NCBI RefSeq assembly: GCF_000143415.4 | Contig: NW_003314273.1 | Span: forward strand, 186,001-250,000 | Direction: 5' to 3' | From: Selaginella moellendorffii | Lineage: Eukaryota > Plantae > Lycopodiophyta | DNA: 64,000 nucleotides | Part shown: piece after piece, positions 35,544 through 46,945 of the stretch | Position numbering within the stretch: position 1 is the stretch's first letter | Layout of the letters: every line of letters begins with the position of its first letter | Position numbers and translations under genes: made by a program | The notes under the pieces: model-generated | What the model saw: the letters and a program-made list of their open reading frames with translations, nothing else | Told to the model about the DNA's origin: nothing | Databases searched by the model: none

Positions 35544-38500
35544 TTCTAGGAGTGTCCTCCAGAACCTACTGGTGAAGATCTTATCTCGATCTGAGATAAT
35601 CTCTTCTGGCCTTCCCCGCACTCGAACCACTTGTTCGAAGAACAGCTTCGCCACACCTTCTGCATCTACTTCTGTTGTGGTGGGTATGAAATATGCCATC
35701 TTTGAAAATCGGTCCACCACCACAAATATCGCATCGAACCCCTCGCTTGGGGGTAGTTCTGTGATGAAGTCTATCGTGAGACATTTCCACGGATGATCTG
35801 GAATGGGGATGCTTTGCAACAAGCCCCCACTAGCCTTCGTCACGGCTTTGACCTGCTGACATGTTGGACATGTCTTTACATAGTCTTGGACGTCCTTAGC
35901 CATATCTGGCCAGTGATACTTCCTTTTGAGTAAGCCCATCGTCTTGGGCACTCCGCCGTGTCCCGCGAGAGGTCCATCATAACACTCTTCCAAGGCTACC
36001 TTCCTTAGTTCCCCTTCTGGAACATACACCCTCGTTTGCTTGTAATATATGAGTCCGTTGCGTTTCACATAGCCCGTTTTCTCTTCCATTGGTAGCTCAC
36101 CTCTCTGGTGAGCTTCCCGCGCCTCTAGATTCCTCAGCAACACTTCTTGTGCTAGACCATCGCTCTCGTATGCGGTCCGCACATCATCCCAAAAGGTTGC
36201 TGTCACCCTAGATATCGCCAACTTCAAACTCGCTTTTCGACCTAGCGCATCTGCCACGATGTTGCTCTTCCCAGGCTTGTACAGGATCTCGCAATCAAAC
36301 TCGGCCAAAGCATTGGCCCACCGACCTTGTTTTCCCCTTAGGTCGGGCTGTGACAAGAAGTGTTTCGTTGCCACATTGTCCGTGTAAACTTTGAAGTGTC
36401 TCCCAAGGTAGTGTTGCCACTCCTTGAGCGCCTTGACCACCGCAAACAATTCCTTCTCATGGGCAGGCCACTTCCGTTGAGCCTTGTCCAACTTCTTCGA
36501 GAAGAATGCTACTGGATGGTTGTCCTGCTTCAAAACTGCGCCCAACGCAAAGTCTGAAGCATCTGTTTCTACCTCAAAGTCTTTACCAAAGTCTGGTAAT
36601 GCCAACATGGGGGCCTTCCTCAATTTCCCTTTGAGGTGGACGAATGCCGCCTCGCATTCCGCTGTCCATACCATCTTCCCTTTTCCCCTTTGGTCCGTTA
36701 AAGGCAGGGCTACTCTCGAATAGTGTCTGATAAACTTTCGATAGTAGTTGCATAGCCCCAAGAATGCCCTTAACTCGTGTACATTTGACGGTCGCTCCCA
36801 ATCCTGGATCGCTTGGACCTTCTCAGGGTCCACCTTGAGCCTGTCCTTGCCCACCACATGCCCGAGAAACTTTACCTCTTGTTGAGCAAAGTCACATTTG
36901 CTCTCTTTAGCATACAGCTGATGTTCCCTTAGTTTCTCAAACACCTTCGCCAAGTGTTCAGCATGCTCCTCTAGCGTCTCACTATAGATCAGGATGTCGT
37001 CGATATAGACGACCACGAAGTGATCCAGATAGGGTACAAAGATGTGGTTCATCAACGCCGAAAACGTTGCCGGCGCATTGCACAGCCCAAAGGGCATCAC
37101 TAGAAACTCAAAGCTCCCATACCTCGTTCGACAGGTTGTCTTCTCGACATCTTCCTCAGCTACCCTGATCTGGTAGTATCCTGACCTTAGGTCAATCCTC
37201 GAAAAGTATTTTGCCTTTCCCAACCTATCGAACAGGTCCTCAATCCTTGGCAAAGGGTACTTGTTCTTCTTTGTATACTTGTTGAGCAACCGGTAATCTA
37301 TGCACATGTGCATAGATCCATCTTTCTTTTTCACAAATAACACCGGCGCCCCATACGGCGACTTGCTCAACCTAACATACCCTTTGTTCACCAACTCCTC
37401 TAGTTGGCACTTGAGCTCCTTGAGTTCTTTTTCGTTCAAACGATAGGGGGGACGAACCACCGCCTCAGCACCCTCGACCAGCTCAATCTTATATTCTATC
37501 GGTCGTGCGGGGGGCAACCCCGCTGGTAGCTCCTCCGGCATGGTATCCTGGAATTGGTCTAACACCCACTGGATCACTAAAGGTACTTCTTCCGTTCCTG
37601 TCTTTTTGTCACTCTTCACCGAGAGTAAGCACAAAAAGGCTGCCTTAATTCCTTTAGTGAGTTGTCCTCTCGTGGACACCAAGTTTAAGCAAGATTCTTT
37701 GGCCTTGCTTTGCCCTACCTTTAGATCTTGGGCCTCCACCCTAGATCTTCTTCCTTGGGCATTTGCCAGTACCACAAGGTTCCTACCTTGTCCATGTAGG
37801 GCTACCACAAACCGATTGAACCAATCCATTCCGAAGATCACGTCAAATCCCACCATGTCCAACACGGTGAAATCCATGTCTACTTTCCATGTCCCTACTT
37901 CGACTCTCACTTGTCGAAGTACCTCATCGGTGCTTTGGCTACCTTGAACAAACTCTATAGTTCTTGGTTCGTCTAGCTGCTGCACCATTAGTCCGGCTTG
38001 CCGGACTATGTCTGCAGCCACAAAATTATCTGAAGCACCCGTGTCAATAAGGATCTTAACAAAGCTACCTCCGAGCTTCCCTCAAAGGGCTAGTAGATGT
38101 CGCGAACGACTCTCTACCAAAGTTGCTCGTGTAATGAGTAACTTTGAGTTAGGGACTGGATCACATACCTCAGTTTGGGCTTCACCCGACTTGATGGCCA
38201 TATTGGCTCTGGCCTTCTTCAGGTAGGGACATTCCCTCGAAAAGTGTCCTGCTTCACCGCAGTTGTAGCATACGTTGTTTCCCACGCTGCTATACAACTT
38301 GACCTTCTTATCCATGGGTTTGTCTCTTTTTGCTTGACTCCCCCACGTACTCGCTCGCTGGCCACCGGATTTGCCTTTCCGAAACCCCGAGGACTCATTC
38401 TTAGAGAAACTCTTCTTGAATTTCCCCCTGCTATACGTTCCCCTTGGTTTGGCCCCTTTGCTAAACGTGGATCCCGACCCCGTCGTGTTCCCCTTTCGCA

Positions 38501-39368
38501 GGTTATCGTTGAAATGCACCTTGATGGCCGCATCCAACGCTTCCTTGTAGTTGGTCGGGTTCCAGCGCATTACCTCACCGTGAGCCCAGGTTTGCAAACC
38601 TGATATAAAGGCATGGAACGCATCCATATCCCCCATGTCCGTGACAAGTATCCTCTTTGCCATGAACCCATTCACATATTCCTGGATGGTTCCAGTTTGC
38701 TTCAGCCTACTCAGCTCATCTCTCAGATGCAGAGTGGCATTCGGAGGAATGTATGTTGCGCGGATCCTCGCCTTCATCATGTCCCAAGTGACCACCGGTC
38801 CTTCGTTGGCCTCTGTTGTTCTCCACTAAGACTTGGCATTATCTGCCAAGTATGGTTTTGCACATGGGACCTTCTCCAAGCTCGGTAACCGCAACGCTCA
38901 GAAGTAGTCCTCCATATCGTAAAACCAATCCTCCACAACCTTATAGTTGTTCACTCCCTTGAAGACCGGTGGGGGCTTTGGTTTGTACTTGGGAACTGCC
39001 TGAGGGACTGATTCCACTTCGGTTTGTTCGACCTTGTCTGGTTTTGCCTCAGTCCCTGCCGAAGGGTCCGCACCTTTTGCGCTGCCAGCATCCGCAGTCT
39101 TTCGCTTTTTCTTCCGCTTCTCGTCACGCTTTAACTTGCGTACGAGAGTCTCCAGCAGGGCATTGGTCTGTGCCAACTGTCCTTATAGCACGTCTAATCG
39201 AGCCTTGGACAACCAAACCTCGCCACCGGACTCCTGTTTAAAAGTTTCCTCACTGGAGTCCTCCTCATGCAAGGATTCCTCATCCATAGCCTCTTGTTCG
39301 ACCGGAGGCTCTAGCTCCGGCGGAGGTTCCGTCTCCGCCTGGGTTCGCTTACGCCCTGCCCTTGCCAT
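35544..39368 (-). pseudogene. gag-pol: gag-pol of nested chromovirus (Gag, Zn knuckle, PR, RT, RNaseH, IN N-terminal half)
   Basis: CYNCGEAGHFSREC; [10 protein letters not shown]; [22 protein letters not shown]; [13 protein letters not shown]; HGG...CPTCQQ; [20 protein letters not shown]. Isolated in-frame stops. Confidence 0.95.
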
Positions 39369-39412
39369 CTCCTAGCAATCCGCCTCTATCCTTCGCTAGA
39401 ACTGAGGAAAAA

Positions 39413-39424
39413 GCTCCGATACCA
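39413..39424 (-). other. Primer-binding site, tRNA-iMet type
   Basis: Minus strand TGGTATCGGAGC, 3 nt after the 5' LTR. Confidence 0.9.
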
Positions 39425-39427
39425 AAT

Positions 39428-40590
39428 TGTAAGCCACAAATTTTTCCTTTCCAATTTGCCAACTTACCTCGACTATCCATCCAACACTGCCTTGGCTTTT
39501 GCTAAGTTCCCTTGCCAAGGTTCTCGCCTATGGTACCAGCTCCTACTTGGTTTCAGCTACTCACTGCACGAGCAACGAAGTGTTAGCCATCCATCCACAG
39601 ATTCCCAAATCACTCTCAATCCCCCTCCCCGGGTTAGACTGGACTTAAGGTTCGGCTACACTCCCCGCAAGCACAGGTGGCCAAGCACACCAAGCTTCCA
39701 GGTTCCTAACATCCCTTGGTACCACAAGACTTGATCATAGGATCCTCTAAATCCCAAGTCTTGAGTGCAACACTTGCTTCGGGACGCCGGGGCGAAACAC
39801 CATGGCCTAGCGGCCCGGTATGGGTACCTCTACCCCCCCACTTCCATCCCGAAGGAAGGCCCAAGCCCCTAGGAAGGGCGAGGACCAATGAGCCGCATGG
39901 TACTCAAGTGGGGCACCACTCCACATGAGCCGGGAGCACCGCAATCGGTTTCCCTTTCGGGAGTGGGAGCTACTCTTGAGCACTTCCTTGGATGGCCCCT
40001 CCGGCACCAGCCAAGTCCATGCTCACTCCCACCCAAGGCCCCTCGGTCCCAGTCTCAACCTCAAGTCGGTTTGGAAGCCCAACTAGAGAGTCCCTTCAAA
40101 ACTGGTTCCTGGACCTCACTATCCCTACTATACTTTTGGAACCCCCTACAGCCCCCCCCCCCCCCTGGGAAACGCACGCTTTGGGCTTTCACCCCTTGAC
40201 ATATATTAGTATTTGGACTTAGTCTCTGGCTCGATCTCAGACCCGATTTCGGATCCGACTTCGGATTCGGTCTCGGACTCGATCTCGGACTCGATCTCGG
40301 ACCCGATCTCGGACCCGATCTCGGACCCAACCTCGGACTCGACTTCGGACTCGGTCTCGGACCCGATTTCGGATCTCGGACTCCGTCTCGAACTCGGTCT
40401 CGAACTCGGACTCGAACTCGGTCCCCGAGTCGGTCTCGGACTCGATTCCGGACTCTATCTCGAACTCGGTCCTAGAGTCGGTCTTGGACTCGATCTTCGA
40501 CTTGGTCCCATCCGATGAACTCTTTGTCATTTTGGTCATGCTTTCGGGGTTCCTTTAGCCTACGACACCTCGGCGAGTTGGTTCCTTACA
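39428..40590 (-). repeat. 5' LTR of nested chromovirus
   Basis: Near-identical to 19344-20503. Confidence 0.95.
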
Positions 40591-40591
40591 A

Positions 40592-42390
40592 GCCTCGGGG
40601 TATATTCAGCTGCCACTTCCCGAGTTTTGAGACGTCATCAGGCAAGGTGGGCACAATTCCTGAGTCGGTTTGACTTTGTTATCAAATACAGACCTGGAAA
40701 GCTTCAAGGCCTTCCTGATGCTCTTTCAAGGCGTTCCTATCTCAGTTTCAGGCCTGGTAATCCTGCCTTTGATCAACAAGATCAAGTTATCCTCGGTCCT
40801 GATTGGTTTCAAGTTATGGCAATTTCCCTAGCCCCTCAAGACTCCTCCTTGATGGATGCAATCAGAAATGATCTTCAATCCGACGACCTTGCCAGCGACA
40901 TTTTCCCCCATCTTCAGGCTGGACACCCACGACTATCAGCGATTTGATGAGTTCGAGTTCTTAGATGGCTTGTTGTACCGTGGGGAGCAGCTTTACATTC
41001 CTAAAGGTGATGCTCGAAGGTTGGTCCTAATGGTGTGCCATGATAGCCCGACTGCTAGTCACTTCGGCATTGCTAAAACCTATGAGTTGGTTGCACGGGA
41101 CTTTTGGTGGCCTCACATGGACAACTACATCAAAGCTTTTGTTACCTCCTATGACACTTGTGCCCGGAATAAAGTACCTCGCCACCTTCCTTCAGGTTTG
41201 CTTCGTTCCCTCCCAGTCCCTTCAAGTCCTTGGGAATCCATCTCCATGGATTTCTTGAGTGATCTTCCGAGTTCTAGAGGCTTCAACAGCATTTTAGTTG
41301 TGGTGGATTGCTTCACAAAGATGGCACACTTCCTGCCGTGTACCAAGGAGTTTTCGGGCGAGGACATGGCAAAACTGGTATTTAGGGAAATTTTTCGACT
41401 TCATGGGATTCCTGCAGATGTGGTTTCGAATCGGGGACCTCAGTTCATCTCTTATTTCTGGCAACGGTTCTTGCAGCTGCTTGGAGTGAAAGTCAACCTC
41501 TCTTCAGCGTATCATCCTCAAACTAATGGACAGTCTGAGCGAATGATTCAGACGTTGGAACAATTCTTGAGGTGCTTCATCAATTATCATCAGGATGGCT
41601 AGTTCGATATCCTTCCCCTTGCTAAGTTCTCCTATACAATTCTGCTAACTCCTCCCTTCGAGTTTCCCCCTTCTTTGCGAACTCTGGCCAAAATCCCCAA
41701 TTCAATCTCTCACTTCCTTCTCCATCTGAATCCTCTGGTTCAAATCCCCGCTCTGAAGCATTTGTCTCCAACCTCCAGGAAATCCACAACTCCATCTCCT
41801 TCCACCTCCATCGTGCTCAGGAATCTCACAAAACATTTGCCAATGTCCATCATCAAGATTGTCCCCCTTACAATATCAGGGATAAAGTCTAGCTCCTCAG
41901 GCAAAATATCTCCACCACTAGGCCATGTCCCAAACTCGATTTCAAACGCCTCAGTCCTTTCCTTATCATTGCCATCATTAATCCTATCACTTATCACCTT
42001 GCACTTCCCTCCTCATATCAAATTCACCCCGTTTTTCACTCCTCTCTCCTTGAGCCTTATATTCCTAATCCTATTCCAAATCGGGTCATTCCTTTGCCTC
42101 CACCAATGCAACTCGAGGATAGGTGTGCGTACGAGGTTCAGGACATCCTTGATTCCAAGATCTCACAGTCTAAACTCTACTATCTGGTAGATTGGAAGGG
42201 TTATGGACCTGAGGAACACACTTGGGAACCTACAGATAACCTGATTCATTCTCCTGACCTTGTTCAGGACTTCCACCACCGCTATCCTTCTCGTCCCAGT
42301 CCTCATTCTTTTTCTCCATCTTCCGTCCCTCGCCACCTATTTCATCCTCCTCTTCGTTCTCATTCACACCCTCGTTCCACTCATTCTTGA
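40592..42390 (+). pseudogene. pol: pol 3' part (end of RNaseH region, integrase, chromodomain) of outer chromovirus
   Basis: RRHQARWAQFLSRFDFVIKYRPGK..PDALSR; HDSPTASHFGIAKT; SMDFLSDLP; AYHPQTNGQSER; YEVQDILDSK...YYLVDWKGYGPEEHTWEP. Confidence 0.92.
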
Positions 42391-42401
42391 GAAGGGGGTG
42401 C

Positions 42402-42788
42402 TATTAGGAATCCCCTAATTCTTGCCACATTCCTGACTCTTGCCGGATTTCTGACCTGCAAACCACATTCCTGACTCTCGAGACAGCTCCCTATTCTTGA
42501 CTCTCGAGACACTTCCCTATTCCTGACTCTCTGATTTCCCGTATGATTCCTAAGTCTCGAGCCACATTCCTAATGATGACATGGCACCTCCTCGACCTCA
42601 AGTATATTTAAGGCATCTTCGATCTAAGAGTGGTGGAGCTTCATCAATCTATAGTATATATAGGTTAGCCTTGTTCCATTTCTCCACGATCTGAATCAAC
42701 ACCAGTCTAAGGCCTTTTCTTCGTTTCCACTAACTTTTCCTTTTGTCTTTTGCATTTTCCAGTCTTGATCTTGTTGGGGGTCTTGACA
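42402..42788 (+). repeat. 3' LTR of outer chromovirus
   Basis: TATTAGGAATCCCC...GGGGGTCTTGACA followed by TSD ATCAC. Confidence 0.9.
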
Positions 42789-45700
42789 ATCACCTCCCTA
42801 CACCAATGCACCAAACTTATAACTGTGCTAATTAGCTTCTTTTTCATATACATGCTATGGATCACAGCTTAGGAACTTAATTCCTCTAAATTTTTAAGTC
42901 TTTTCACTTGATAAGCTAGTTGATCAGCTTATGATCATATATAGACTCTTCCATATTTAGCTGCATTGGCCATACTTTTTGAAGTCAACACCTTCAACTA
43001 GGGTCTTTATTCCTCCGACTTGCCAATCCCACTTAGCAAATCACTTAATTAGTGTAATATAGTTTTATACATAAACATGAAAGTCCTTAAATATCGACTT
43101 TCATTCAAAGCTATTTCGTTAAACATACAAGAATTATTTCCCCAACTTTGATAGCCTCATATCATGGCAACCTTCAAGACCATGTGTTACTCCAATTTTG
43201 TGCATTTCTATGAACCATTGATATGAATCTTCTAAGTATCAACTTACCCAAAATTATCTTTGGAACATTGAAAGGACTTTATTCATTAACTTGCTAAAGC
43301 CTTTCCTTTCACAAATTTCTTACCTACCATTTAGTTTAACATTAATAGTTTTATATTTTAGACTCTCTATGGCACTATTATTATAAGTAGCAAAACCCTC
43401 AAGTACTTAACTCCCCACTCTTAACCATTATAGGTTATATCTCTTGATTTCCATAATTTAGTTTTATCCTTTTACTACTTACTTTTAGCTCTATATATTC
43501 CCTTTATCTATTCTCTTCCATGCAAAAAGGGTAGTTTTGCACTTTTTACTATACCTTAGTAAGTATTTTTAAGGATGAACCTACTCAATGACTTAGGGAG
43601 TAGTTCCTCAATTTAGATATGCTCACCTTGTAATTCAACACACCCATGAGACTTTATATGCCTTTTATTAGTTGTGCCAATTTTTTTATTTTTTTGCTTT
43701 GTCCACTTTAGATAGAAATTTCCCTTTGTCTTTAATTTTATTAAGCTTTAAACTTTAAATAACATCTTCTATCCATTATTCTCTAGGGACTTAGTCTTTT
43801 AGGTTTTATTTAATGCCCTCATAATACCAAAAACAACTTCTTTAGTGTTTTAAGGTGCTTATATGTTTTAATTTCAATAATAGACTTCCCAAAATATAAG
43901 GATTTTTTGTTATGATGCTAACATAATATAAGCACCTTATCCTTTAAGAGATGTATTTAACCTCCTTCTTATCTCAACAAAAAGTGTTAAGAAGTTAGCT
44001 CCCATTATTTCAACTAATTACTCTAAAGTTTTTCTTAATTACCTCATAATTATTATGTCCTACAACTCATTGTCAATGCTTCTACACCTCAATCAATATG
44101 TAAGCTCTTGAATGTTGAACTTAATACTTTAAACCCAAGGACACTTAACCACAAATCTGTTACCACAGCATATAGGTAATAAAAATTGTAATCTTCTCTA
44201 TATATAATCGTTATATGGTTGTAGCAATGATCCTAAAGCCTTTAATTAATTAGAAAATGGGGTTCATTTTTATTTATGGATCCTTTCCCTCTATATTTAA
44301 ACCCCTATAGATTATTATATAAATTGTTCTTTTTGGTTGCTTACAATTCATTACGCTTCTTTATAAGTTTACACCCCTTTTCCTTCATATTTGAACCCTT
44401 ATGGATTGTCTCTTGAGTTATTCTCTTTGGTTATTTACACAATATTTGGTCAAAACATATGAATCCCATGCCTTCTCGTTTAAGTGATGTCAATCCCATT
44501 TTTATTGGGGTTCTTTTAGCAAGGTGTTTTCATGAATTAGCCAACTTAATTGTAAGTAACCAAAGGGAACAACTCAAAAGATGATCCATAAAGGTTCAAA
44601 TATAGAAAAAAAAAAAAGCCTATGAATAAAAGTGCACTCTCTTTTTCAATCGGTTAAGAGTTTTAGGATATTTGGGGTTAAGTGTTTTTGGGTTTAATAA
44701 ATACTAAGTTAGGTGACCTTTTAGGAAGTCCAAATTCAGGAGTTTACATTGAACTCAAAACATCTTCCCTTGAGATATTTTATATCTCCACACTATCGGC
44801 TCTATAAGCTTATCCTTATAATACATTCCACTTGTGTCTATATCTTTTGCTAAAACCATACTTGTCATTTCTAATACCAACCATTAATTAACACTTTATT
44901 ATTGTGTGCATACAACACTCTTTCCAAATTTTTTTTTTTTATGAACACCTTTTCATGACTTTAATATGGCACCTTCCACCATTAATGAGATATTCACTAT
45001 TATCATACTAAAATCTTATGATTCTCCCAATATATGCATAGGCACAACACATTTCACTCCAAATGTGTTTTATCCACACCATTGGGACCATCTCTTGCCT
45101 CCATTGAGTCATCCAGCTTTTAGACTTTATAAGTCTGATGACTCATTAAGTCCTAGCTTTATTGCTACTTTTGAGGTGCCACCATACTTAAATACAATTT
45201 CTTGTATTCATGTCTTATTCATAAATACCATTTTTGCACATGTTATTTTGACACTTGATTATTCTTTATTCCATACAAGCTATTTTTGCCCCTTAAAATT
45301 TTCTTTCTATATGATAAAAAACCAACTCATCCTTTAAGTACATTCCAAACTCCTTGGGTTGTTTTATCATTTATTAAAAATAACCCTAATTGCCATTTTA
45401 AGGATATATGTCCTCATCTGTTTTTAACCTTCCATAGTCATCAACTTTAGTCTCACATTCATGAGTACCATTTTCAACTATATAAGGATAATCTTATAAG
45501 TCTTTTATTATTTAGGAGTCTTTATCCTTTGAGTGATCTTATATATAGTTTTTTTTACCACAACCATTTTAAAACCAATTTACTAAATTAAACATTTATA
45601 TAAATCACATCCTTAACTCTATGAGAAAAACCTTCTACTATTCCCAAGATTCCAAAGTCATTCCTTTATTAGCCCCTTTCTATCCACCATATTGTCTATA

Positions 45701-46945
45701 AGTTCATATATGAACTAAAGTGGAGAGTTATGCTTTCCCGACATACTACTTTTCAAGTATAACCCCACTCTTGGGATGTCAAAAGAAAGTGTTGGTGTAC
45801 TTGACTGCTAATAAGACTTAGACTAAAGAATAACTTCGATATTAAGTTATAAGTGACTAAATTTTCCATTTACTTTAGTCATTTAACCATGTTTTTGACC
45901 ATTTGAAGGAGCTTCACCCACAACTTTCATAGATCCACATCCCAACTTAGAAAACTTACTAACCCCCAAATGTGTTCTTACAACCACACCAACTTCACAC
46001 TTGGTCCAAATGCTTTATATGTTAAGTTCCACTTCAGACACCCAAAAGTACTTTAATGTACAAGCCTTTTATATTAAAGTTATATCTATTCTCAATATTA
46101 TATTGGTATTGCATAACCACCAGTACTATAGTCCAAAACATCCCATGACCATGCTTTAGCATCTTTAGGATGCCTTAAGATATAAGAAATACCATCCCTC
46201 AATATCCCTTCATCGATCTCTATTAAGTCCCTCTCCTCTATGGTAGTGCTTGCCAACACCACCACTAATCTAGGCTTCAAATGCCTATCCATTAAATAGA
46301 TTAGAAGTATTAACTATTTGAGTTTTTGAGGGTTCTAATGAGCCATATAAGGTATTCAAGTAGGTATTTGGATTGGGAGCATTAACTATTCGATCTTTTG
46401 AGATGCTAAAGTTGGCTTTTGAACACTTCACTAAATCACTTTATTTTTTCATCTAAATAGGTAAAGTGCTACCTATATTTGGATAAGGAGTATTGACTAG
46501 TTGATTTTCCAAATGCACTAAAGCTGATTCTTGAACATTTCACCAAGTCACCTCACTTGTTCATCTATGTTCATTATAACCTTGAACTCTTTAATGTTCA
46601 TATTATCACTCATAAGTAAGATATGTAAAGACTTACCAAACCCCTTAAAGTCTAGAAGACAAAAGCTTAAACAAGTTTAAACATATTACACTTATATAAG
46701 CTCTTGAATTTAAACTTCCTAAGATATCATTACTCAAGAACACTTAACCCCAAGTATCTAAAACCCTTAACCAATTGGAAAAAAGAGGACACTTTTATTT
46801 ATGGACCCTTCCCCTTTATATTTAAACGTTATAAATCGTCTCTTAAGTCATTTCTTTCAGTTTGTTGGATTTTTGCCTTGGCCATTACATCATGGATCAC
46901 CTTCAGCTTCATTTTGGAATTGAGGGATTTGTGTCTACAATATTT
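42789..46945. mobile_element. Old AT-eroded retrotransposon relics plus further copies of the approx. 200-bp TG..CA repeat (44551-44748 +, about 46695-46865 -, partials near 44230-44440)
   Basis: 42794-42840 resembles 20800-20845; 45850-46660 resembles 13750-14580; repeat core as at 14951-15135. Confidence 0.6.

Larger units (their letters stand above)
19344..40590 (-). mobile_element. Nested Ty3/gypsy chromovirus with approx. 1.16-kb LTRs, tRNA-iMet primed, interrupted by a DNA transposon
   Basis: LTRs at 19344-20503 and 39428-40590, about 2% divergent by eye count. TSD GCCTC at 19339-19343 and 40592-40596. PBS TGGTATCGGAGC (39424-39413). PPT GGGTGGTGGAGT (20515-20504). gag-PR-RT-RH-IN-chromo in one frame with scattered stops. 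Confidence 0.95.
17023..42788 (+). mobile_element. Ty3/gypsy chromovirus (Tcn1/Tf1-like), defective, interrupted by a nested element at 19344-40590
   Basis: LTRs at 17023-17371 and 42402-42788. TSD ATCAC at 17018-17022 and 42789-42793. PPT gagaagggggt at about 42389-42399. Gag, protease (ALLDLGATSCF), integrase and chromodomain ORFs. Confidence 0.93.
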
